Assembly: GCA_963849295.1 (NCBI GenBank)
Contig: CAWKGU010000009.1
Span: 40,836-104,835, forward strand
Origin: an uncultured Solirubrobacterales bacterium
GTDB lineage: Bacteria > Actinomycetota > Thermoleophilia > Solirubrobacterales > Solirubrobacteraceae
Direction: 5' to 3'
DNA length: 64,000 nt
Below the pieces are notes generated by a model that was given only the letters and a program-made list of their open reading frames with translations, was not told the origin of the DNA and ran no database searches. A program made the position numbers and the translations under genes. Below are positions 33,451 to 43,556 of the stretch, one piece after another; within the stretch, counting starts at the first letter, position 1; each line of letters begins with the position of its first letter.

Positions 33451-36400
33451 TTGCGGAGGTTGAGGCTTAGACGCGCGCTGGCACTGGCGGCAGGACTGAT
33501 GATCTGCGCGTCCCCGGCGGTCGCGCAGCCGGAGCTGCCCTACCCCGGGGGCGTCAATCAGCCGGCGTCGTCGAGCTACAAGCTCGCGCCCGGCACGACC
33601 CCGTCGAACTTCTCGGACTCGGGCGATTGGGAGCTCACCGGCACTCCTGACACGAGCACGGGCGAGACGCTGAACAACCAGCAGTCCGACCAGCTCTGCG
33701 GGATCCGCGGGATCAGCCTCGTCGACGCGGACGCGACCCAACCGGCTGGCTCGTGCGCCTCGGGCCCGGTACAGACGGCTTTCGAGGTGTCGACCGGCAA
33801 CCCCGACGTTCACATCGCCGTGCTCGACAGCGGCATCAAGTGGAACGACCCCGGTGTCATGGCCAACGAGGCCGACAAGGTCTGGCTGAACACAGGTGAG
33901 CTCCCCGCTCCGCGACACGATCTCTCGACCCCGCTCGCGCCGCTGCCGGGTGGCAAGACCTGCGCGACCTTGGCCAATCCCACCGGAGGGGACTACAACC
34001 GGCTTGGCAACTACTACCCGGACGGCCACGGGAATGAGGTCGGCGGCGACTACGACATCATTGGCGACGGGGTCGTGAACGTGCTCGACTGGGCGTGCGA
34101 CTCGCGCGTCGCGGGCGCGATGTCGAGTCCACGTCGGCACGGGCCTTCCGGTGTGCTCACCCCCGAGGACCTGATCCTCGCGTTCTCCGACGGCGTCGAC
34201 CACGACCACAACGGCTACGTCAACGACATCGCCGGCTGGAACTACGTCGACAACAACAACGATCCCTACGACGACGTCCAGTACGGCCACGGCTCGGGCG
34301 AGGCGCGCGACTCGACCGCGGAGGCCGACACCGGCAGCACCGTCGGCACCTGCCCCAACTGCATGATCATGCCGCTGCGGGTCGGCGAATCGTTCGTCGC
34401 CGACGCCAACCGCTTCGCCCAGGCGGTGCTGTATGCGACCGACCAAAACGCGGACGTGATCCAGGAGGCGCTCGGCACCTACAACGCCCCCTACTTCGCG
34501 CGCCAGGCGATCGAGTACGCCTACCAGCACGGCACCACGGTGATCGCCTCCGCCGCTGACGAGGAGGCCGAGCACCACAACCAGCCAGGCTCATTGCCGG
34601 ACACGATCGTCGTCAACTCGGTCAACTCCCCCGAGGAGAGCATCGGCCCGGTCAACGCGACGGGGTCCTCCTATCTCCAGCTCAATGGCTGTACAAATTT
34701 TGGCTCCCGCATCGATCTCGCGGTCGAGGGGTCGTCGTGCTCTTCGGAATCGACCGGGAAGAGCTCGGGCGTCACCGGGCTTGTCTACAGCGCCGCAGAG
34801 AACGCCCTCCACGACGGGCTGATCACGCCCGCTTCCGGGTGCACGCGGCCTGACGGCACGCCGTGCATCGTCACCCCGAACGAGGTTCGCCAGCTGCTGG
34901 CGTCGGGCAACATCGCCGGCGACACGACCGCAGGCCAGGGCAGTGCCAGCACCGGAACTGCCCCGGGGGATCAGGGCCTCGGGCAGGCCGACGACGTCAA
35001 CTTCGCCTCGCAGCCCGAGACCTCGTGCGCCTCCGCGCCGACGCCGACGTGCACCGACCCGAACTCGAACACGACGTTCAACCCGCTCGACCCCACGCAG
35101 CCGGGCGGACTGATCGGGCCCGACACCTACCAATATCCGGCGCGCAAGGGGTGGGACGAGTTCTACGGCTATGGCCGTCTGAACGCCTACAAGCCGGTCG
35201 CAGCGGCCGCCGCAGGGCACATCCCGCCGCAGGCCGACATCACCTCGCCGGACTGGTTCACCCAGATCGACCCATCGCAGTCGAGCTTCGATCTGAACGG
35301 GGCGGTGTCCTCCCGCGGGTCGTATAAGTGCCAGGTCGATATCGCGCCCGGCGTGCAGCCCAACAACGCCGGCGACTTTCACCAGATCCCGTCGTCTTAC
35401 TGCGACGGCTCGACGGTGCACTCGGCCGCCTACTCGGGGCTGCTGGCGTCGGTCAGCATCTCGAACCTGAAGTCGCTGTTCCCGCCGGGCAACCCCGGGT
35501 CATTTACCGGTAACGAGAACGGTGGGATCCCCCAGGACCAGTTCGGGCGGCCCAACACCAGCCCCTACGGGTTCACGGTGCGGATCGTCGTCTCGACCGC
35601 CTCCGGCGCGCCTGTCGCGATGACGGGCGAGGACCGCCGGCAGCTCTTCCTGCACCGCGACTCGGAGATGCTCGCGGGCTGGCCGAAGCAGCTGTACTCC
35701 GACGGCGACTCGAGCCCGATCCTTGTTGATTTGGAGCACTCCGATCGCAACGACCTGATCGTCGCCAACTCCGACGGCTGGATCCACGCCTACCGCCCCG
35801 ACGGCAGCGAGGCGCCCGGCTGGCCGGTGCACACACTGGCGCTGCCATCGCACGCAGGTGAGCAGGCTTACAACGAGGTTGGCACCGGCCACTACAACGC
35901 GATCCTCGGCGGGCTCGCGGCGGGCGACCTGTTCGGCGATGGTTCGATGGACGTCGTCGCCGACGACATGGGCGGCGACGTATACGCGTGGAACGGACAG
36001 GGCCAGCTCGTCTTCTATGCGCACTCGAACCCGAAGTTCTCAGGCGCGCCGCTCGACTACCCGAGCAATCCAACCGGTGCTCTGGACAACGTCCGTCACG
36101 GTCCCCGCGATCGCGTCGAGGCCGGGTTCGTCACAGGCCCTGTGCTGGCGAGGCTGTCGGGGCCGACGGGTCCGCTCGACATCATCGTCGCCGGCGAGGA
36201 TCGCCACCTCTACGCGTGGGAGCCGAGCGGTCACCCAGTATCGGGCTTCCCGGTGCTGATCGCCGATCCCGACAAGCTGACGGGCATCGATCCGACAACC
36301 GACCATCTGGCGTTCTCGACTTCGAAGGCGATCGCTAACCCGGGCATCTCGGAGGACCAGGGCAAGCTGATCGACACCCCCGCTGTCGCATACACCGATG

Positions 36401-38367
36401 GCCCGAACAAGCCGCCGGTGATCTACGTGGGCTCGAACGAGGAATACACGGTTAATGCCGGCGATGAGGGCGCGATCAATGCCTCGGATACCTCCTTGGG
36501 CGCGATCGGCGCCACCGGGATCCTGTCGTTCGCTAACGGGCGCATGTACGCGATCAAGGCCTCCGGGGGGACCATGACCTGCACCGGCGGTTCGTGTAAA
36601 TCGTCGGCGATCGCGTCGGGCTGGCCGGTCAAGATCGGGATCATCGACGAGGGGCTGCTCCCCGACGTCGGCGAGGGGATCAATGGCTCGCCTGTCGTCG
36701 CGCCGGTGAGCTGCTCGAGTGGTGGCGCTGGGATGAAAGTCGGCGTCTCACCGGACGCCGGCCCCGCATACGTGCTGAACCCCAACGGCAGCTCGTGCTA
36801 CGGCAGCTCGGGCGGCAAATACAACACGCTCGCGATCGACGACGGCAGCGGCGTCGATCATCCCGCGTTCGCGGCGGTTGGCTATCCGGCGTTCGGGACG
36901 CTCGACGGCAGCACGATCTCGCTGTTCGACCAGGGCGCGGGCGCCGTGCGCGCACTCGACGTCGCTGTCAACGGGGAGCAGCGCGGCGGACAGGACTTCA
37001 TCCTCGGCTGGAACCCTGGCTCTGGTCAGTTCGCGACGGGCTACCCGGCCGTCGTCAACGACCTCGGCTTCCTGACGGGCGAGACGGTGGGTGACATCAC
37101 CGGCGGCGCACCGGCGCAGGAGGTGCTCGGCGGGACGGCGTCGCTCGATGTCGAGGCATTCGGATCCTCGGGCCAGCCCGCGAGCTCGGCGTGGCCGAAG
37201 CTCTCCGGCGACTGGCTCGTCGCGACGCCGACGCTCGGCTCGTTCGGGACGCTCGACTACCAGGGGTCGGCCAAGAAGGACGTGGTCACCGTCACTCGCT
37301 CCGGGACCCTGTCGGTGTATTCGACCCCGGCATCGGCATGCTCGCCTTCGTCATGGCCGAACTGGCACCACGACATCGCGAACTCCGGCGACTACACGCG
37401 TGACGCGGTGCCGCCGGGGGCGCCGCTGTCGGTTTCCGTCTCTGGCGGCAAGCTGTCGTTCGTCTCCCCGGGCAACGACCTGATGTGCGGAAAGCCGGTG
37501 CGGTATGAGGTGGTGTCGGCGCCGGGCGCGTTCACCGCCGCTGAGGTTCCTTCGCTGACGCCCCTGAGTGGGGTCCCGGCAGCGGTCGCCGGCGGCAAGA
37601 CCGTGACGATGAAGCTGCCGACGGGAGTGGGTGTGTGCCTTGGGGTCCGAGCGGTTGACGGCGCCGGCAACGTTGGGCCGACGGCGGTGCTCGGAAGAGA
37701 TGGCGCCAAGTGCGGGCCGCCGATCGCGGTGCCCGGCTCGGGGAAGCCGCGCGTGCGGCTGATCATGTACGCGTGGGCCAGCACACAGAGCACGAGCAAG
37801 GTGATTCGCCTCGCGTGGCGGGCGAAGCCCGGCGCGGCGCCGATCTCGCATTACGTCGTGATGTACCGCAAGGCGGGGACGCGGAAGTGGCGGACGCTGC
37901 GCCGGAAGTTCAGGCGGACGGCTACGACTCTTCGAGGGCGGGCTGGGGACACGTACACGGTCAAGGTGACGGTCGTTGACGCGGCCGGCCAGACAAGTGT
38001 TGCCCAGGGCGTCGCGGGAATCCCGGTCGATGACCGCAGCCACGCGGTTCATCGCTCAGGCGGCTGGCACGAGCGTTCCGCGCGCAGTGACTACCTCGGG
38101 AGCCTCGCGCAGGGGTCGGCGGGTGCGACGATGCGGTGGCGGGGCTACGGGATGGTGTTTGCCGTGATCGGGCCGCGGTTGCGCCACGGTGGAGTGCTGC
38201 TCGTGCGGATCGACGGGCACCGCTGGCGGGTCCGGGTCCACGGCCACGGTCAGGCGCGGCAGGTCCTCTTCTCCCACCGCTTCCGGCGGAACGGGCGGCA
38301 CACGATGGTTGTCAGCGTGGCGTCCGGGACCGTCGACGTCGACGCGCTCGGCGCGCGGCGGGCCTAA
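33451..38367 (+). CDS. Large secreted S8 (subtilisin-like) peptidase with FG-GAP-like propeller, Fn3-like and basic C-terminal domains
   Basis: Signal peptide, IAVLDSG (Asp), YGHGS (His), SAADE oxyanion region, SSESTG (Ser region), GWP-containing repeats. Confidence 0.82.
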   Translation: MRRLRLRRALALAAGLMICASPAVAQPELPYPGGVNQPASSSYKLAPGTTPSNFSDSGDWELTGTPDTSTGETLNNQQSDQLCGIRGISLVDADATQPAGSCASGPVQTAFEVSTGNPDVHIAVLDSGIKWNDPGVMANEADKVWLNTGELPAPRHDLSTPLAPLPGGKTCATLANPTGGDYNRLGNYYPDGHGNEVGGDYDIIGDGVVNVLDWACDSRVAGAMSSPRRHGPSGVLTPEDLILAFSDGVDHDHNGYVNDIAGWNYVDNNNDPYDDVQYGHGSGEARDSTAEADTGSTVGTCPNCMIMPLRVGESFVADANRFAQAVLYATDQNADVIQEALGTYNAPYFARQAIEYAYQHGTTVIASAADEEAEHHNQPGSLPDTIVVNSVNSPEESIGPVNATGSSYLQLNGCTNFGSRIDLAVEGSSCSSESTGKSSGVTGLVYSAAENALHDGLITPASGCTRPDGTPCIVTPNEVRQLLASGNIAGDTTAGQGSASTGTAPGDQGLGQADDVNFASQPETSCASAPTPTCTDPNSNTTFNPLDPTQPGGLIGPDTYQYPARKGWDEFYGYGRLNAYKPVAAAAAGHIPPQADITSPDWFTQIDPSQSSFDLNGAVSSRGSYKCQVDIAPGVQPNNAGDFHQIPSSYCDGSTVHSAAYSGLLASVSISNLKSLFPPGNPGSFTGNENGGIPQDQFGRPNTSPYGFTVRIVVSTASGAPVAMTGEDRRQLFLHRDSEMLAGWPKQLYSDGDSSPILVDLEHSDRNDLIVANSDGWIHAYRPDGSEAPGWPVHTLALPSHAGEQAYNEVGTGHYNAILGGLAAGDLFGDGSMDVVADDMGGDVYAWNGQGQLVFYAHSNPKFSGAPLDYPSNPTGALDNVRHGPRDRVEAGFVTGPVLARLSGPTGPLDIIVAGEDRHLYAWEPSGHPVSGFPVLIADPDKLTGIDPTTDHLAFSTSKAIANPGISEDQGKLIDTPAVAYTDGPNKPPVIYVGSNEEYTVNAGDEGAINASDTSLGAIGATGILSFANGRMYAIKASGGTMTCTGGSCKSSAIASGWPVKIGIIDEGLLPDVGEGINGSPVVAPVSCSSGGAGMKVGVSPDAGPAYVLNPNGSSCYGSSGGKYNTLAIDDGSGVDHPAFAAVGYPAFGTLDGSTISLFDQGAGAVRALDVAVNGEQRGGQDFILGWNPGSGQFATGYPAVVNDLGFLTGETVGDITGGAPAQEVLGGTASLDVEAFGSSGQPASSAWPKLSGDWLVATPTLGSFGTLDYQGSAKKDVVTVTRSGTLSVYSTPASACSPSSWPNWHHDIANSGDYTRDAVPPGAPLSVSVSGGKLSFVSPGNDLMCGKPVRYEVVSAPGAFTAAEVPSLTPLSGVPAAVAGGKTVTMKLPTGVGVCLGVRAVDGAGNVGPTAVLGRDGAKCGPPIAVPGSGKPRVRLIMYAWASTQSTSKVIRLAWRAKPGAAPISHYVVMYRKAGTRKWRTLRRKFRRTATTLRGRAGDTYTVKVTVVDAAGQTSVAQGVAGIPVDDRSHAVHRSGGWHERSARSDYLGSLAQGSAGATMRWRGYGMVFAVIGPRLRHGGVLLVRIDGHRWRVRVHGHGQARQVLFSHRFRRNGRHTMVVSVASGTVDVDALGARRA

Positions 38368-38386
38368 GGTCGCCAGGAAGTTGGGC

Positions 38387-38411
38387 GTTAACCCCAATAA
38401 TTCGGGTTAAC
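38387..38411. terminator. AT-rich inverted repeat between convergent genes
   Basis: GTTAACCC-N9-GGGTTAAC. Confidence 0.45.
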
Positions 38412-38419
38412 TTCCATAC

Positions 38420-39533
38420 CTAGGCCATCGGCAGCGACATGCCCGCCGGCTTGGGGCTCGCGGCGGGCGCCGGCGCCTGCATCACGGGCAGCTCCACCGG
38501 CGAGAGCGCGATCAACCCGTGCGCCGCGTAACGGAGTGCCTGGGCCGCAGGATCATCGGGATCGTTGAGGACGAGCGGCAAGCCGGCGTCCGACTGCTCG
38601 CGCAGGGCCACCGACAGGGGGATGCTGGCGAGCAGCGGCACGTCGAGCTCCTCGGCCAGCAGCGCTCCACCGCCTTCGCCGAAGATCGGGCCCGACATGT
38701 TCTCGATCACCCCCGCGATCTCGAGCTTTAGCTTGCTCGCCATCTCGGCCGAGCGGCGCGCCACCTTCTGCGCCACCGCCTGCGGAGTGGTCACGATCAG
38801 GAACTTGGCCTGCGGCAGCAACTGGGCGAGCGTCATGGAGACGTCGCCGGTTCCAGGGGGCAGGTCGATCAGCAGGTAGTCGAGCTGGCCCCACTCGACA
38901 TCCTCGAGGAACTGCTGGAGCGCCTTGTGGAGCATCGGGCCCCGCCATACGACGGCGGCGTCCTGCTCAACGAAGAATCCGATCGACATCACGCTGATGC
39001 CGTCATGCGCGGTGAGCGGGATCAGCTTGCGCTCGGCGCTGACCTTCGGCCGCTCGGCGCCGAGGCCGAGCATCCGCGGCTGCGAATAGCCCCAGACATC
39101 CGCGTCGAGCACGCCGACGCGCTTGCCCTCCGCCGCGAGTGCGGCCGCCACGTTGGCCGTGACGCTCGACTTGCCCACGCCCCCCTTGCCCGAGCCGATG
39201 CAGACCACATTGCTCACCTGGGCGAGGGCGCCCTCGGGCAGTGAGCCGCGGCCGAGCTTCCGGCCGAGCGCTTGTTTTTCGTCGTCGGACAGGACGTCGA
39301 AGGAGACGTTGACGTGGCTCACGCCCTCGTAGCTCGGCGACCGCGCTTGCGACCCCGGCTTGGAAATGGGAGCGGATCGGACAACCAGGCGTTGTCAGCG
39401 AGACCATCACGTCGATGACGCCATTGGGGTTGATGTCGATCGAGCGCACCATCTCGAGTTCGACGATGTCGCGCCGTAGCTCGGGGTCGATCACGTTGCG
39501 TAGCGCGGTAAGTACCTGGTCTCTGGTGGGCAT
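38420..39533 (-). CDS. mrp: Mrp/NBP35 (ApbC) Fe-S cluster carrier ATPase (apparent +1 frameshift near 39330)
   Basis: N-terminal DUF59 (VIDPELRRDIVEL, TTPGCP), then GSGKGGVGKSSV, WRGPMLHKAL, DLPPGTGD, ENMS in a shifted frame. Confidence 0.92.
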
Positions 39534-39568
39534 GTTTTTGATTCTGGCAGACGGCGTTTAAAGACCGA

Positions 39569-39594
39569 CGGGGTGCCACTTCCGTGGCACCCCG
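39569..39594 (-). terminator. Probable intrinsic terminator
   Basis: CGGGGTGCCAC-N4-GTGGCACCCCG, with a GGAA loop and a TCTTT tail on the minus strand. Confidence 0.6.
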
Positions 39595-39699
39595 GCGGTT
39601 GAGGGAGGAGAGGGTGCTGCATTCGCCGGCGAGGTTATGAGGCCGGCGAACCCTTCCCACTGCTGAGCGTCTCCTCGGCGCCAGCGCGGGTGAAGTCGG

Positions 39700-40230
39700 T
39701 CAGGAAGCCGAGTTCAGGCGTCCCTGGGTCTCGTTCACGAGGCGCTCGAAGCGCGTCGTGACGACGTTCGACTGGCGCTGGAGGTCCTTGCGCACTGCGC
39801 GAACCTCACGCTCCAGACGGCGACGGTTCTGCCGGACGCCCCGCTCGACACGGGTGCGACGCTGACGCAGCTGCCGCTCAAAACGATTCCGGGCGCGCCT
39901 GACCTGGCGCTCGAAGCGATTCCGGGCGCTGGCGCCGCGGCGCTCGTAGCGCTTCAGCTCGCGCTCGAGGTTCGCCCGCGTGCTGTATTTGGTCGCAAGG
40001 CCCTTGACGCTCGAGACGAGGTTGTCCCGGACGAGGAGGCTCGCGCCAACCGGCACAAGCACAACGCGCTCGGCGATGACCTGCGCCTGCTCCACAGGTG
40101 TTCTCGGTTGGGTCGAGGTGGTCGTCTGCGTGGTGCGCCGGCGCGCCGCCGTGCTGCGCCGGGTCGCGCTGGTCTTGCGCGTGGCGCCCGTCTTGCGCGC
40201 GCCGCTGGTTCTGCTGGTGCTAGTAGCCAT
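39700..40230 (-). CDS. Arg/Thr-rich hypothetical protein with C-terminal coiled coil
   Basis: 176-aa ORF with a basic low-complexity N-terminal tail and R-rich heptad-like repeats. Confidence 0.75.
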   Translation of the reverse strand: MATSTSRTSGARKTGATRKTSATRRSTAARRRTTQTTTSTQPRTPVEQAQVIAERVVLVPVGASLLVRDNLVSSVKGLATKYSTRANLERELKRYERRGASARNRFERQVRRARNRFERQLRQRRTRVERGVRQNRRRLEREVRAVRKDLQRQSNVVTTRFERLVNETQGRLNSAS

Positions 40231-40301
40231 GCTCTAGGTCTTCTCCGCTGCCGTAGGACTAAGGATGTTAGTTCTAAGCTCGTTCGGTGAGAGAATAACC
40301 A

Positions 40302-40317
40302 CCGAACATGTGTTTGT
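40302..40317. promoter_or_regulatory. Putative LexA (SOS) box
   Basis: CCGAAC-ATGT-GTTTGT against the actinobacterial consensus TCGAAC-N4-GTTCGA. Confidence 0.6.
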
Positions 40318-40359
40318 AAACCGGCTATCTCGGTTGGTTACATTCCGTGTTGAGGCGCC

Positions 40360-41664
40360 GTGATCCCTCCGCCCACGCATTACGCCCACAGCGGCGACGC
40401 GAGCATCGCCTATCAGGTGCTGGGCGAGGGTCCGCTGGACCTTGTCGTGATCGCCGGACCGTCATCGCACCTGGAGCTGATGTGGGATGAGCCTGGAACC
40501 GCGCGCAGCTACGAGCGCCTCGCCTCATTCTCCCGGCTGGTGCTATTCGACCGCCGCGGCACCGGGCTATCCGATCCCGTTTCGAGCCCGCCGACGCTGG
40601 AGCAGCAGATGGACGACCTCAGCGCGGTGCTCGGTGCTGCGGGGATTTCGCGTACGGCGCTATGGGGGGCCAGCGACCTCGGGCTCTCTGCGCTTTTCGC
40701 CGCCACCTACCCGGACCGGATCACCGCGCTCGTGCTCTCCGGGGTGGCTCCGCGCGGCCCCGCAACGCTGACGTCGGACCTTCGCGAGCAGTTCCTAGAC
40801 GCAATCGAGCATCACTGGGGCGATGGGTCGCTGATGGAGCTCTACGCGCCAAGCCAGGCCGGCAACCGTGCGTTTGAACGGTGGTGGGCGCGGATGCAGC
40901 GCTCCGCGGTCAGCCCGGGAATGGCCCGGCAGCTGCTCGACATGATCCTTCAGACAGATCTGTCATCGGTGCTGCCCACGATCCAGGCGCCGACGCTCGT
41001 GACGCACGCCCGCGGCGACCGCCTGGTGCCAATCGCGCTCGGCCGTGAGGTGGCTTCGCTGATCCCCGGTGCGAAGTTCATTGAGCACGAGGGCGAGGAT
41101 GCCTACGGCTGGACCGATCCGAGCCGGCTCGACGACATCGAGGAATTCCTCAGTGGGCGCCGGCCCTCACACCAGGACGTCGACCGTGTGCTCGCGACGG
41201 TGCTGTTCACCGACATCGTCGGCTCGACCGACCACGCTGCGCGGCTTGGAGACGAGCGGTGGCGCGAGCTCCTGGACCAGCACAACACGATCGTGCGCGA
41301 TGAGATCGAGCGCTGGCGGGGCAACGAGATCAAGTCGATTGGTGACGGGTTTCTGGCTACGTTCGATGGCCCCGCTCGGGCAGTCCAGTGCGCCGCCGGG
41401 ATCGTCGATTCGCTTGATCCGCTCGGCCTGGACGTTCGCGCCGGGCTGCACACCGGCGAATGCGAGCTCGTGGGCAGCGACGTGGCCGGAATCGCGGTGC
41501 ATATCGGAGCTCGCGTGATGGAGCAGGCCGAGGCGGGCGAGGTGCTTGCCTCGAGCACGGTCAAGGACCTCGTCGTCGGCTCGGGTCTGCGGTTCTCCGA
41601 TCGCGGCTCGCATCGCTTGAGAGGCGTGCCCGATGAGTGGCACGTCTACGCGCTCGACCGCTGA
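40360..41664 (+). CDS. Alpha/beta-hydrolase plus class III adenylate/guanylate cyclase (LipJ-like)
   Basis: IAYQVLG, FDRRGTGLSD, then LATVLFTDIVGST, KSIGDGFLATFDGP, GLHTGECE. Confidence 0.93.
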   Translation: MIPPPTHYAHSGDASIAYQVLGEGPLDLVVIAGPSSHLELMWDEPGTARSYERLASFSRLVLFDRRGTGLSDPVSSPPTLEQQMDDLSAVLGAAGISRTALWGASDLGLSALFAATYPDRITALVLSGVAPRGPATLTSDLREQFLDAIEHHWGDGSLMELYAPSQAGNRAFERWWARMQRSAVSPGMARQLLDMILQTDLSSVLPTIQAPTLVTHARGDRLVPIALGREVASLIPGAKFIEHEGEDAYGWTDPSRLDDIEEFLSGRRPSHQDVDRVLATVLFTDIVGSTDHAARLGDERWRELLDQHNTIVRDEIERWRGNEIKSIGDGFLATFDGPARAVQCAAGIVDSLDPLGLDVRAGLHTGECELVGSDVAGIAVHIGARVMEQAEAGEVLASSTVKDLVVGSGLRFSDRGSHRLRGVPDEWHVYALDR

Positions 41665-42693
41665 AAGCTGCGCCTGATCCAGGCCGTCGGGTTTTCGAGC
41701 TCCTCGAGCGTCGGGAGTGCCGCAGGGGCTGGAAAACACGTGGCGCAGCGCGTCCCGGCCTTCACGGCGTACAACCTCATCGCAGAAGTACTTACCGCGC
41801 TCGTATTGACGAAGCTTGAGGTCGAGTCCGAGCAATTTCGCGAGGAGTCGGCTGAGGCCGGATTGCGATCTGCGTCGCCGGTCGAGCGCCTCACGGAGCT
41901 TGGGAAGCGACGGCAGCAGGTCGGGCGCGACGGCGTCCATCACGTGTTCGGCGTGGCCTTCGATCACCGCCATCACCGCCTGCACGCGGTCGAGCGTCTC
42001 GCGCTCTGAGGTGGTGGTGACGATCGAGATCAGGTCACCCTCGCGGAGCGCGCGGCCGATCCGGCGAACCTCGTCGGCGCTTGGCATCCGCGGCTTGCGG
42101 GGCGTGTCGATCCTGACCTCGGCCTTTTGCAGCAGATCCCTCACCAGTCCGGCGACGTGCGGATGCAGCCACGGAACGCCGGCGAACTGCACCGCGTGGG
42201 TGACCTCGTGAAGCGTCACCCACGTCATGAACTCCTGCTCCTCGGCGCTGAAGGCCTCGACCGCCTGACCAAGGTTCGGAAGCACGAACAGCAGCCGCGG
42301 CGACCGATCCTCGATCGCCTCGTCCAGCAGCACGAGCTCGTACTGGCCGAGGACGCGCTGCGCCAGATATCCGAGCACCAGACCGACCTCGGTCGAGAGA
42401 AGCAGGCCGACTCCAATCTGCATCGCGGGCTTCAGTGGCCCCAGGCCGTCCCCGGCGCGCTGGAGCACCGGGTCGAGCAGCAGCCGCATCGAGTCGATGT
42501 TGGAGGAGATCCACTCACGCCGGCCGATCCCCTCCGGCGGCGGCAACGGCCGCGAGGGCTCGAGCCCGGTGTATGCGGTGACGCGAGCCTCCGACTCTCG
42601 TGCGAGTTTGTCGAGGTCAGCGTTGGGGGGACGGGCGTCGCCCTTTCCAGCCACGTACGTCGCGATGCGCTCGGCGAGGATCCAATCGATCAC
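41646..42693 (-). CDS. Zinc-dependent metalloprotease DUF2342 family (apparent frameshift near 41726)
   Basis: LHEVTHAVQF, IEGHAEHVMD, KLRQYERG. The C-terminal ALPTLEELENP is in a shifted frame. Confidence 0.88.
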
Positions 42694-43535
42694 GCTGGAA
42701 TCCCCTCCAGCAGTCTCAACGTCTCGGCGGTCCGAGCCGCGATGACGGGTGAGCTCGGCTCGGCGTCGAGCGGGGCACCGAGCGGCGAGTCGAAGCGGGG
42801 GAAGCTGACGATCCCGCCGGCCTCGCGCACGATCAGCTGGCCGGCCGCCGCGTCAACGCCACGCGAGTCGCGCAGGGTGACCATCGCGTCCATCCGAGCG
42901 GCTGCGACCTGGCACAGCGAGGAGGCGATCGTCCCCAGAGCACGGAGCCGATAGGCGGCCTGCTCGAGCCCGTCGATCGACGCCTTCACCCAGCGCGGAT
43001 CCGCCGATTCGATCCCCACGATCTCGAGCCTACCGTCGTTGCCGCGGCGCTCGGTGAGGGTCGCATCGAGGAGCTCGCCGTCGAGCCAAGCCCCCTGACC
43101 GCGTCGCGCCCACCACTCCTCGTTTGGGCCGAAGTCGTGGACAAACGCAAACGCGACATCGGCCATCGTCCTACCATCGGCGACGGCCACCGACAGCGCA
43201 TGGTGGGGAAGTCCGCGCTTGGCGTTGAGCGAACCGTCGATCGGATCGATGATCACGCGCACACCCGGATCTCCGTAGTCGATCTCCCCCTGCTCCTCCG
43301 AGTAGGCGGTGAAGCGATGGCCTTCCGCGCTCAGTGCGTCGAGCTCGGCGAGCACCGCCCGTTCGGCCGACTGGTCGATCACCAGCGTGCGATCGCCGCC
43401 ACTCCCGCGAGAGCCCGTCTCTCTGGCGCGTTCCTCGGTGCTTGGGGAGCGTGCGAGCATCCGCTCGAGCCTCGCCGCCGCCCGCCGGCAGGCGCCAAGC
43501 CAGTCAGCGTCGATCGCCGAGCGGGTTGAGCTCAT
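42690..43535 (-). CDS. Inositol monophosphatase family protein
   Basis: SEEQG and IIDPIDGSLNA motifs. Confidence 0.9.
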   Translation of the reverse strand: MSSTRSAIDADWLGACRRAAARLERMLARSPSTEERARETGSRGSGGDRTLVIDQSAERAVLAELDALSAEGHRFTAYSEEQGEIDYGDPGVRVIIDPIDGSLNAKRGLPHHALSVAVADGRTMADVAFAFVHDFGPNEEWWARRGQGAWLDGELLDATLTERRGNDGRLEIVGIESADPRWVKASIDGLEQAAYRLRALGTIASSLCQVAAARMDAMVTLRDSRGVDAAAGQLIVREAGGIVSFPRFDSPLGAPLDAEPSSPVIAARTAETLRLLEGIPA

Positions 43536-43556
43536 TGCCAACCTATGCTGTCAGAC

